DNA of 64,000 nt, from positions 248,001 to 312,000 of the IMG/VR virus record IMGVR_UViG_3300029893_000001, one strand, 5' to 3'. The first letter of the stretch is position 1, and each line of letters starts with the position of its first letter. Below, in pieces: positions 54,801-61,581 of this stretch. Under the pieces are notes generated by a model, which saw only the letters and a program-made list of their open reading frames with translations, was not told the origin of the DNA and made no database searches. The translations under genes and the position numbers were made by a program.

Positions 54801-57310
54801 GCGTTGCCCAGCAACTCGTGTCCGCACTTCAGCTTCGCATGGAGAGCGGCACTAAGGTCGCATCTGAACTTCTGGAGGCCTTGTTACGGAAGAACCCAAA
54901 GTTCTTACCCATCGTCAAAAAGGTGCTGACTTTTATCGGGCGCAATCGAGAAAAATTCGAGTCAGGCGTGCCCGGCGTTCCAGACCTGAGCATCCTGACT
55001 GGAATGCCGTTCAAGCATCCTGCTGTGGAGAAGACTCCAGAAAAGGCAGTGAAGCCAGAGGTCCAACAGCTCCTTCAAGAGAAGTCGACACCCGCCCCGG
55101 AGTCCCAGCGCAAAAAGCTACGTAAGTCTATTTTCGACGAATTTGTGGCAGAATACGAGCTAGACGATCAACAGAAGAATCTGTTTGCGGATGCGATCCG
55201 TGCGTTGAAAGCTCACGAGGGCAAGGCCGGCATCGAAAAGCTGGTTGGGAAGACTGAGGGCACCCAGTTAGAGGGCGTGTTTGAGCTTCTTGTCGACTTC
55301 TTCAAGGAAAAGGGATTGGTTGGCTCCGACGGAGTTCCAGATTTCCGTGGAATCTCTGTTCCGCCCCTCAGTGGTAGAGAGTCTTTCTTTGCAGAGGATG
55401 GAACCCCGAATCTGGGTCGAGTTGAGGAACAGGCGCCGGAATTCGACGCCGACGAGATTTCTGACGAAATGCCAGAGCCAAAGGCCGACCTGGAAGAACA
55501 CACAGAAGACCTTGTTGATGAACTAGGCGGAGAGGGCGCTCGTTTCGCGCCAGACCTACAGGAGGCCGTCGACTTCCTGAAGTCCGACCAAGTTGTCACT
55601 GAAGAGGACAGCACTCCTCGCAGCAAATCCAAAGACCGGCTCAAGAGGAACATCTGGAACCTGATGGTCCAGGAGTTCGATTTCGATGAAGAGGAGCAGC
55701 AGAACGCTGCTGAAATTCTCGAAGCGGTTCAGAAGAATGGATTGGACAAGGTGAAGGCCCAACTTTCTGGGCAGGGCCACCTCGAAGTCCTTCTAGATGA
55801 CCTGATTGACTACATCAAGGAACAGGGGCTGCAAGAGAGCGACATCCCTGACATCGAGTTGCCTGCTGCGCCTGACGCTGAGGATACAGATGACGTTGGA
55901 ATGACGATAGAGGAGCTGATGGGTGAAAAGCCTGTCGAAAAAGCTCCCGCTCGACTCGCTCCGACAATCCGACGCGAAGTGGATGAAGAGACACTTCAGA
56001 AAGTGCTTGAAGAGGCACAAAAAGTACAGGGGAAGGACGAACGTCTATTCGACTCGTCTGAAGTTGTTCGCGGCCTAGAAGGAAAGATTGCACCAGAAGA
56101 CGCGAAGAACGCTCTACTGCAAGCAGCGGAACAAGGCCTCGTCGATCTACGGGCGGAAAGCGGAGCTGTTTCACTTTCTCCAGAAGACGCGAAATTTGTT
56201 CCTGTGTCGCCTGATGGCGTACCATTCTCGTCAGGGCGAGTTCTCCGCATGCCCGAGCCTGCGGCGGCCCCCCAGCCCGCAGAACCAGCCCCGGCTCCAG
56301 GAAAGGCACCTTCTACACGAGGGAGGCTTCCTGCTGCCCTCGTGGACCGGGAGACAAGTTCCGCCGTCTACACCTTCGTCGTGAAACATTCTGGTCTTAC
56401 CCCAGATGAAATAAACGCACTAAATGAGGCCATGCCGGGCCTCGAAAACATGACCTACCGACAGGTGGCAGAGGCGTTTCGAAAGAACCACGAGCAGCTT
56501 GGCGACGCCGCTAAGAATGCTGCGCTGAAGTACATCAAAAACCTCACTGCTTACCTTCGTCTTGTTCAACAGGGGAAGGATCCTGTGGGTGGACCTCCCG
56601 CCTCCTCTGCTAAGCGTCCAAAGGGGCAGTGGAGGGACGACCCCGCAACCGAGAAGCAAATTGCGAAACTACAGGAGTTGGCGCACGAGCTTCAATCAAT
56701 GGGACACAGCCTTCCGCCTGTCAGTCTAAGCCCCACAACAAAGGGAGAGGCCTCGGACGGTCTCAACGCTCTGCGGGCGGCCCTAGATGAGGCTAAGAAG
56801 TCGATAGAGACAAAGCAGGCGCCACCCGCTCAAACGAAAGAACAGGTTCGGGCTGACCGTCTACACGAACTTCTGTCCAAAGACCGTACGCATGCGAGAC
56901 GCGTACAGCGACTTCGTGCTCTTATCGATCTAGGTTCCTTCACAGCGGAGGAAATCAGCCAGGCCGTCTCTCGACTAGAAGTGGCTGATAAGGAGAAGGC
57001 AGACCTTTTGGGTCTCCTTCCTGGAGCAGCGCCTGCGCGCGCAGAGCAGCCTAAGGCACCGCAGAAATCTACCGCACCATCGGGTGCAACGCCTGATCGG
57101 AATGAGCGAAAGAGGCTTCAATTGCTCCTCGAAAAGGCGTTGGAATGGTCGACCGCACACGAGGTCACCTCCGCACACGCCTTCAGGCTCTTCCTAAAAA
57201 AGAAGCGACCTGAACTGCTTCCGATGTACGATAGAATCATGCCTGATGTCCAGAAAGCCCTGGACGCGATCTATGGTAACGAGCTAGACTTCGATCTAAG
57301 TGGCATTTGA
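48869..57310 (+). CDS. Giant 2813-aa protein containing sigma-70-like regions 2 and 4, nested beta-domains, coiled coil and helical repeats
   Basis: Uninterrupted ORF; 'ADLQVVALEAFRRAILEFDRER...KFRIYGNPVIKRRV' (sigma 2) and 'LTDEDRAILQGLLGV...LTIQEIA...QIKTKRQKA' (sigma 4). Confidence 0.8.
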   Translation: MALNTAKRIMRKASPEDESSLSLEGPNALGVDEPQQELEKVVIPDGGEVHLQNTNILPDSVAVTDLRTDKEFVASENQTLEQGQYFLLPEDGTLFFHPSDAGARVQINYLWKEGIESDDDEDEDDLDDDADEDDGDNETSGKKPRVTTTPADSLWHLDEGWFKWTPESKKVTVNDSLQAKLGTDVDFRKGITVRNEQTGKELHVVLQGAPTQVTRTISGKKLEINLRRPVDSTSVYVESAETGDRFTPVESPANLQPNTYYVESDVGVLRFHEANGGTKVRIEFRRPVGPGEVSYNYVNGVLTWGDPSASGTTYVVEYHVKGQKGKPLTLEGEEGEEKEYQLVESFKSRAENLWMHLLDNPDPAFVRDTLLPIIEDEIESTRDKILGSKKSEPQKEEELRSVPDLTREFMEFEQLLAKREENDDQDTRELARDYVQTEIAPKLARFYSLASLLAERIYDMQSESAKDEDFPEFGGAGSRSLDLNTLKYLKRVRQEANRLDEDLVDFSKYYTGLLISWILDADTYYPSKKAREKKKGRASKKAREKKKGRASKKAREKKKGRDPRWEGIKTVFERAGIGLADLQVVALEAFRRAILEFDRERRNKETTPDPKKFRIYGNPVIKRRVTNALKKVFDKYQQEQTVETTRSGSTTVTIPEDGGEVDLKVPGIRLEDLEVTGPDGKVFTSASGKLFATEAEKRKSPRVKILLGKEMDKDAQVSVTDPKTGKKLAIIRSKDHPWNKELKKKVAEDPDVFYFAHSSGTLWLSEAYRGKSLLVEAPGIGGDSTGIGKDQYRAHPTKGTIEFSPLNGGEEVKVSYSQTIRAKRQVSPVVRTDEEGESLSLVEMQEDEGADPLTKAEEAISQENVEKLLDLIGEILLVEEDPRLTDEDRAILQGLLGVGEPGGQRLTIQEIAAREPFNVDPSDSNKMNQIKTKRQKAADTLLEILREKAEEDRSLRKMIRPFEAILVGKDGAKGIEHDKFLGYLKQAPEDKTRSFQQVLVGLLGKSGLKQDEENILRWMWALPGRLRRDQDAEDKQYEVLPDGLRPADSPGARLQEIAIDEFNIEADDQGNISQAATGVVNKVYERALDKFAGKFNTVYEARKDFFKEKFPEFVQYYDKQLGKQTLRDELSTIERDEYQAPPAAVKRPEEKRTPLFDQIKTSLSGVDEAMLRSLMEELVKTHKKGGDIHALIQQREKDIDTLTQKGAKLLDSRTKDLRAEVEELKKAWSQSRAEHERLSEELSDALRTREKLRETVVADNEELAKKKTHFQVLRKIIGLLKSWETSTLFQLLSPKNIEATEDPVEQDALKEYSYLRNASNEDLEEAREDLANELTERSEELKELRRQAVELADEEVRTQLRQLKEKIEDLRSRKEKFLELTAKQQAALDSKKDELEKKLRPLQNKLEEHLRSHNSAQELQVLQKVYKFLSDREELRRSDGRFNLDNMFEVPKLEKGKGYQPPKLQPGEEDTYQPLPRKLPQPAISTPKKTAPVEEDAGTPASKPASKTLKTIAEQYTKDEISAEIFIRRCKKYFKGRLPEEAESAIQRYDEGLISLDEAANIVATEALDAIEDVEPASTDEAKKKPTEEDSDRFTSPAKKAPTEVQRTLFEELRSVALPIDPEESKKDYQKRLDNFKGLMLALRKHFAEGQSIKTFKPKFSAAKTLPDQNRVLRAVVEYLRDFASDLKQAPGVWDLSGLFKPTITKPVESLQPKVDLSDDDSAVESLLNSQPSLSNKTQAKALHSMIQIINNGDPVTKIIKSLRKTGNPKVQGALNLALRLSYFMTLHEDLQKEDGTWDFKPLYTGQYKFPSFEEYDRSRPLEEHLSPLIDGIQRQLQEEAGPDGGIESRTGTQQRVLDLLHQMSELALHGMDLDQMQEHFEKEDKREAKPYSLAYLFQVTRHFLEKLNRTKGLANMQNDMGLADVFGPGAPPSTPTEQDEVDPVPEQEQKELLPQDDRTTAFRQMVHVMDMDEAEARVAQQLVSALQLRMESGTKVASELLEALLRKNPKFLPIVKKVLTFIGRNREKFESGVPGVPDLSILTGMPFKHPAVEKTPEKAVKPEVQQLLQEKSTPAPESQRKKLRKSIFDEFVAEYELDDQQKNLFADAIRALKAHEGKAGIEKLVGKTEGTQLEGVFELLVDFFKEKGLVGSDGVPDFRGISVPPLSGRESFFAEDGTPNLGRVEEQAPEFDADEISDEMPEPKADLEEHTEDLVDELGGEGARFAPDLQEAVDFLKSDQVVTEEDSTPRSKSKDRLKRNIWNLMVQEFDFDEEEQQNAAEILEAVQKNGLDKVKAQLSGQGHLEVLLDDLIDYIKEQGLQESDIPDIELPAAPDAEDTDDVGMTIEELMGEKPVEKAPARLAPTIRREVDEETLQKVLEEAQKVQGKDERLFDSSEVVRGLEGKIAPEDAKNALLQAAEQGLVDLRAESGAVSLSPEDAKFVPVSPDGVPFSSGRVLRMPEPAAAPQPAEPAPAPGKAPSTRGRLPAALVDRETSSAVYTFVVKHSGLTPDEINALNEAMPGLENMTYRQVAEAFRKNHEQLGDAAKNAALKYIKNLTAYLRLVQQGKDPVGGPPASSAKRPKGQWRDDPATEKQIAKLQELAHELQSMGHSLPPVSLSPTTKGEASDGLNALRAALDEAKKSIETKQAPPAQTKEQVRADRLHELLSKDRTHARRVQRLRALIDLGSFTAEEISQAVSRLEVADKEKADLLGLLPGAAPARAEQPKAPQKSTAPSGATPDRNERKRLQLLLEKALEWSTAHEVTSAHAFRLFLKKKRPELLPMYDRIMPDVQKALDAIYGNELDFDLSGI
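50445..50552 (+). repeat. Perfect 36-bp x3 tandem repeat encoding (SKKAREKKKGRA)n
   Basis: CTTCAAAGAAGGCGAGGGAGAAGAAAAAGGGAAGGG at 50445, 50481 and 50517. Confidence 0.95.
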
Positions 57311-57860
57311 GAAAGAAGACCCACGGATTTTCTTTTATGAGGCCATTTGTGAGGCCTTGGGACGCCTTCGTCTCCAGTTAGAAAGCTGGACCGAATTCTA
57401 CCTCGTAGACCTACTCGTGCGACAAGTCTCTCGTCCCGTAACACAAGAGCCGTTTGTTTTTCAGCTCGAAGCAGCACACCGAGCTAGCTCCGCCAAAGAG
57501 CGCTTCCTACGGTTCAAGGAGATGGGAGATTCTGCGCTGATTCTCGTCGGCTTTTTCGAGGAAGCCATTGGACGTAGAGGCGTGACTCGCAGGTACGTAA
57601 TAAACATGGGAGGCGGCGCATATCGAAACGCCGCCTCCCTATCAGTGGATGGCCTTAGCCAGGTGTACGTCACTCTATCAGATGGCTTTGGTGACTTCGT
57701 CCGTGTACTGGACGAAGTTCGAGAAATGACATCACTCCGTACCAAACAAGATGTCGCCGCACTGTTCGAAAAGTGGCAGCGAACCGGGTCGATAACCGCT
57801 GCAGACCGGCTTCAACACCAAGGGGTGTTTCCTGTCGTAGGAAAGCCAGGCTCCAACTAA
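57300..57860 (+). CDS. Conserved bacterial-type hypothetical protein
   Basis: 'EFYLVDLL...KEMGDSAL..GFF...MGGGAY...EKWQRTGS...GV' matches, from memory, an uncharacterised family seen in myxobacteria and other proteobacteria. Confidence 0.65.
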   Translation: MAFEKEDPRIFFYEAICEALGRLRLQLESWTEFYLVDLLVRQVSRPVTQEPFVFQLEAAHRASSAKERFLRFKEMGDSALILVGFFEEAIGRRGVTRRYVINMGGGAYRNAASLSVDGLSQVYVTLSDGFGDFVRVLDEVREMTSLRTKQDVAALFEKWQRTGSITAADRLQHQGVFPVVGKPGSN

Positions 57861-58105
57861 ACGCGAACAGTGCTGGTCCATTCGTCTAGGAACCGGCTGA
57901 ACTTCAACACGCCGATGGCTTCGAGGTAATCCTCTGCCTCGGCTGAGACCTTCTCAGCCTGGTCTAACTGACCACTTTCGACAGCCAAGCAATATCTGTC
58001 AAGCAGGCTTTCGAATTGGTCTTCTAGGTGTGTCAACGCACTTTTCATTATCATCTCCTGGGGGTTAAATGCGAAAGGCCTCCAAGGAGGCCTTTCGTTA
58101 ATCAT
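57857..58105 (-). CDS. Small hypothetical protein
   Basis: Minus-strand run; the true start may be downstream (MIMKS). Confidence 0.55.
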   Translation of the reverse strand: MINERPPWRPFAFNPQEMIMKSALTHLEDQFESLLDRYCLAVESGQLDQAEKVSAEAEDYLEAIGVLKFSRFLDEWTSTVRV

Positions 58106-58295
58106 TGGTTGTTTCTGGGGAGGTGGCGGCTGGGTTATTAGCCTGACGCTTGGCTTCTGCTCTTAGCTCCCGAATGACGAGTGAGACCATAACGACAAAA
58201 CCTGGCCTCACTGAGATCGGAATGTCCCAGTCCTTCAGTTTCTTGTTAACTCGTTGGGCGATCGCTTCCGCTGTGTCGAGACTGATCTTCATCAC
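58098..58295 (-). CDS. Small hypothetical protein
   Basis: GTGA overlap. Confidence 0.55.
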   Translation of the reverse strand: MMKISLDTAEAIAQRVNKKLKDWDIPISVRPGFVVMVSLVIRELRAEAKRQANNPAATSPETTND

Positions 58296-58531
58296 GCCTT
58301 CTCGAAGGTCTTCAGCGCTCGAAGTACTGTAACTGCCCTAAGCTCCTCAGGAGGAGTCGGACGGGCGCGTCCCTGTACCCACTTCTTTACGGTGCCCACA
58401 GATGTTCCCAGAAGTCGAGCAACGGATAACACCTGATCGCTGTCTACGACTTCGCCAGTACTGTCAGAGTAGCCCAGCTTCTCCTTTAGAAGGCTGCGGA
58501 ACTCGTCCTTGGGTAATGCACTCCCAAACAT
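58292..58531 (-). CDS. XRE/Cro-like HTH protein
   Basis: 'VARLLGTSVGTVKKWVQGRARP'. Confidence 0.75.
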   Translation of the reverse strand: MFGSALPKDEFRSLLKEKLGYSDSTGEVVDSDQVLSVARLLGTSVGTVKKWVQGRARPTPPEELRAVTVLRALKTFEKA

Positions 58532-58545
58532 GTTCTTCCTTTCGA

Positions 58546-58632
58546 CGGAGGGTGAGGGATTCGAACCCCCGGAGCCCGTGAAGGCTCAGCGGTTTTCAAG
58601 ACCGCCACCATAAACCACTCGGTCAACCCTCC
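58546..58632 (-). tRNA. tRNA-Ser(UGA)
   Basis: GGAGGGT acceptor, GCGGT-CTTGAAA-ACCGC anticodon arm, long variable arm, GTTCGAATC T-loop; no encoded CCA. Confidence 0.93.
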
Positions 58633-58653
58633 ATAGAGGGTCTGGGTTACCAG

Positions 58654-58682
58654 AAGATAACCAGGCCCTCGTTCTTTGCTAG
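58654..58682 (-). promoter_or_regulatory. Phage promoter-like motif CTAG-N18-TTATCTT upstream of tRNA-Ser
   Basis: Motif variant about 22 nt before the tRNA 5' end. Confidence 0.55.
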
Positions 58683-59395
58683 TCTTCCACGATAGGAATG
58701 TCGATGACGATTGGAGATCTCTTTGGTCTATACCCAGAGGTCATCGTACATGCGTTTACAACGGTACCCCATGGAGCTGCGAATACGCCATAGTCTTCGT
58801 GAATGTGGCCGCATACAGTCAACTGCGGACGAACCACTTTTAGCCTATTGGCAAGGTCAACGCAACCAACATGTTTACCCCTCGTTCGGTCGCCATGACC
58901 GTACGGAGGACCATGAACAACAAGAATGTCCGTGTCTTCCGGAATTGAAGCCCAGCGAGCCGCAGCAGCGGCACCCCGCTGGTGATTGAACGCCCACGAC
59001 TCTGGGTAAAACTCAGTGCTCCACGGAGAACCGTAGATCTTGAGCCCTAGTACTTCCGTAGCCTCATCTTGAAGATACGTCCATTGCTGAATGTGCGCCC
59101 GAGCCAACTCAGGCTCTCGTTCAAAACTGATGTCATGGTTACCAGCAATGCAAATCTTTCTCTCTTTCGGAAGAGAAATCTTAGCTCCCCAGTCATCGAA
59201 CTTTAGGAGCTTGTCGGTCTCACCGCGGTAGGTAATGTCACCAGCATGGATAAGGATGTGACACGGAGGAATTCCTCCGGGGATGTTCTGTGCCTCGGTG
59301 TGCGTGTCAGAGATGCAGCACACCCTAACAACTCGGACGTTGGGCGGATTTATCGGGTCAAAACGGGCTAAGTCCGAAAAGAACGGGTCTACCAT
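58679..59395 (-). CDS. Calcineurin-like metallophosphoesterase (MPPED/239FB-like)
   Basis: ISDTH, HAGD, AGNHD, HGPP, GHIHE motifs. Confidence 0.9.
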   Translation of the reverse strand: MVDPFFSDLARFDPINPPNVRVVRVCCISDTHTEAQNIPGGIPPCHILIHAGDITYRGETDKLLKFDDWGAKISLPKERKICIAGNHDISFEREPELARAHIQQWTYLQDEATEVLGLKIYGSPWSTEFYPESWAFNHQRGAAAAARWASIPEDTDILVVHGPPYGHGDRTRGKHVGCVDLANRLKVVRPQLTVCGHIHEDYGVFAAPWGTVVNACTMTSGYRPKRSPIVIDIPIVED

Positions 59396-59406
59396 GTTAC
59401 CTCAGG

Positions 59407-59706
59407 TTAGCGCTTCTGCTTTCGAACCCAGGCAGCAAGCTCTTTTTCACCAACTTGCTCTAGGGCCTCAGCAGCAGCCTCGACGCCTTCATTATACCCA
59501 TCCAAAACAGGCGCCTGTTCAGCAGGCACCTGAAGCTTAATAGGCTTCATCGGAGGTATAGGAGGGATTGGTTTAGAGGGGCGGACGTCATCCTTACCGA
59601 GAGTATGAAGCCTTTCTTTGTATTCTCGGACCTGTCTTTCGTAATTGCTGACCTCTACCTGATAGCGCCGTAACGCTTCTTGGTAGTGAATATCGTCCAC
59701 CTTCAT
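59407..59706 (-). CDS. Hypothetical protein
   Basis: ATGA overlap. Confidence 0.6.
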   Translation of the reverse strand: MKVDDIHYQEALRRYQVEVSNYERQVREYKERLHTLGKDDVRPSKPIPPIPPMKPIKLQVPAEQAPVLDGYNEGVEAAAEALEQVGEKELAAWVRKQKR

Positions 59707-59888
59707 TCTCGATCCTCAGGCTCTGTTTCACCGTGTTCGTATGCCCAGTAGTAGTCCTCAGCATCCTCGGATCGCAGCTCTTGTAGAGTACGAAGGCGTC
59801 CATTACGACGACCGTCAGAATCTAACAGACAACACATACCACAGTGACCCTTGAAGGGCTTCGGCTTCCGATTCTTGTAGTTTGCCAT
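59703..59888 (-). CDS. Small hypothetical protein (CxxC)
   Basis: GAGGAG RBS before ATG 59888. Confidence 0.6.
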   Translation of the reverse strand: MANYKNRKPKPFKGHCGMCCLLDSDGRRNGRLRTLQELRSEDAEDYYWAYEHGETEPEDRE

Positions 59889-59954
59889 GTTCTCCTCCTC
59901 GTGCGGGCGCAACCCGCGCGCACGTGATAGGAGAAAGGCGATTGCAAAGAAACC

Positions 59955-60611
59955 TCATAGCTTTTCCCTGCGAACTAAAAAACGACTTCGACGAGACGAA
60001 TAAGCAGCAAGCGCAGTACTAAATCGCGGCTCTGCCAAACCGGTTCCATACGCCCACCTAAACTGCTGCCACGTTCTGGTTCCGTAAGAACCAACTTCTA
60101 ACCCAGCGCAGTAGAGGTCAACGCCCTCTGGCGTCTCCTGTGTCGTTACGTACGCTCCTTCTGACATCATGAACTGCTGGGCATCGTGCAGGAGAAGCGT
60201 CGACATCTCTGCGTATTCACTACGCGCCCATGAACCGCCACCGACTGCCTCAGCCGCGAACAACTCTACTTTCATGAAAGTAAGTTGCGTCTCACCTCGA
60301 CGCAAGTTGGACTCTCCGCGAAAGCAAGGAGAGACAGAGAAGTAGAGACTGCCGTTTTCAAACCGTCGATACGGTTCCTGGAGACGGGCTAAGAACCCCT
60401 GTTCAGCGGAACCGATGAGGACTGCCTCTCCAACATCAGTTGCGATAGGTCTAGCACCCAACGGCATAGTTGCTTCCACTACGGGGCGCGGGACTACCCA
60501 TGGGACTTCCATGTACTTATAGCCTTTTTTGGAGTAGAAGGCGTAGGCCCTTGAAATTCTCTCCCAATCAAGGGGAGACACTTCCGAGAAGTCTTTAGCG
60601 TCTAGATCCAT
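59955..60611 (-). CDS. Stand-alone class II aminoacyl-tRNA synthetase-like catalytic domain
   Basis: Motif 1 'GYKYMEVP', 'GSAEQGF', motif 2 'SPCFRGE...FMKVELF', 'LEVGSYG', motif 3 'GTGLAEPRF'; no anticodon-binding domain. Confidence 0.75.
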   Translation of the reverse strand: MDLDAKDFSEVSPLDWERISRAYAFYSKKGYKYMEVPWVVPRPVVEATMPLGARPIATDVGEAVLIGSAEQGFLARLQEPYRRFENGSLYFSVSPCFRGESNLRRGETQLTFMKVELFAAEAVGGGSWARSEYAEMSTLLLHDAQQFMMSEGAYVTTQETPEGVDLYCAGLEVGSYGTRTWQQFRWAYGTGLAEPRFSTALAAYSSRRSRFLVRREKL

Positions 60612-60840
60612 CGCGAAAAGCCTCTGCAGTGCGATCGGCCATCTTTTGGAGGTCTTCCATCGTTAGCTTGTACTTGCTTTTGGCGTAAGCCCGAATAGCT
60701 CCATACAGGTCTGCAAGCTCACACATAGCCATTATGGCCACACCTTGGTGTTCAGCGTCCTCCAGCTCCTCAAGCTCCTCTCGGATCTTTGAGATCTCGC
60801 CGAACACACCCTTTTTGATCCTGCGCTTGTGATAGCCCAT
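60595..60840 (-). CDS. MazG/HisE-like all-alpha NTP pyrophosphatase
   Basis: 'KIREELEELEDA...ELADL' EExxE...ExxD motif. Confidence 0.7.
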   Translation of the reverse strand: MGYHKRRIKKGVFGEISKIREELEELEDAEHQGVAIMAMCELADLYGAIRAYAKSKYKLTMEDLQKMADRTAEAFRDGSRR

Positions 60841-60864
60841 CTTAAATCCTAAGCCTTCAAAGCA

Positions 60865-60894
60865 AGAAAAGCGTGAGCTATCTCACGCTTTTCT
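60865..60894. terminator. Intrinsic terminator after the tRNA-Gln pair
   Basis: AGAAAAGCGTGAG-ctat-CTCACGCTTTTCT. Confidence 0.85.
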
Positions 60895-60895
60895 A

Positions 60896-60966
60896 TTCGG
60901 GGAGAAGGATTCGAACCTCCATCAGCGGAACCAGAATCCGCTGTCCTGCCATTAGACGATCCCCGA
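60896..60966 (-). tRNA. tRNA-Gln(CUG)
   Basis: TCGGGGA acceptor, GCGGA-TTCTGGT-TCCGC anticodon arm, GTTCGAATC; no CCA. Confidence 0.92.
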
Positions 60967-60969
60967 GTA

Positions 60970-61040
60970 TTGGGGGTGAAGGATTCGAACCCTCACAGGC
61001 GGAACCAAAATCCGCCGTCCTGCCATTAGACGAACCCCCA
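60970..61040 (-). tRNA. tRNA-Gln(UUG)
   Basis: TGGGGGT acceptor, GCGGA-TTTTGGT-TCCGC anticodon arm, GTTCGAATC; no CCA. Confidence 0.92.
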
Positions 61041-61041
61041 G

Positions 61042-61581
61042 CTAGTTGACACCGTACTTGTCACTATCGTCAGGGTTCACCAGGAACAAGGTGGTGCCCA
61101 TCTGATCAACAAGATCTTCGGCGTCTAGTTCCGTTGTCGCTGAGTCGCTGTCTGTCGCATCATGATTTTGGTGCCACGCTTCGAGGATGTCCACATGGTC
61201 TTCAAGAGCCCGAGAGAACTCCTCATTGAAGTCTAACATAACCTGACACACCTGACGGTGGCAGTCAAACAAAATTTCATGGGAAGGAGGGCCTGTCCAT
61301 CCAGATTTGTCATAGGCAAGAGCTACAATGTAGCCCAAGAACACATTCATTGTAATGTCTGTAAGCGGGCTATCAGGGTTTGTGAAGACGATGAATTCCT
61401 TGTCTTCGAGGTCTACGCTTCCAGCGAAGCAATTCTCGGGAATATCCATGGTCGCTACAGCAACTTCTCCTTCGACTAAGGGAAGCTTTTCCTCAATCCA
61501 CGCGGACAAAGCAGGGAGCTGATTCTGATCCCAAGAGATTGTCATTTTTGATTTCTCTTCCTTGGTGGCGATCGCATTCAC
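61042..61581 (-). CDS. Acidic hypothetical protein
   Basis: Abuts its neighbours. Confidence 0.65.
   Translation of the reverse strand: MNAIATKEEKSKMTISWDQNQLPALSAWIEEKLPLVEGEVAVATMDIPENCFAGSVDLEDKEFIVFTNPDSPLTDITMNVFLGYIVALAYDKSGWTGPPSHEILFDCHRQVCQVMLDFNEEFSRALEDHVDILEAWHQNHDATDSDSATTELDAEDLVDQMGTTLFLVNPDDSDKYGVN

Noticed and set aside
58546-61040. tRNA as a prophage attachment site or boundary
   Set aside because: Phage-type genes continue on both sides; no integrase or duplicated tRNA 3' end in the window.
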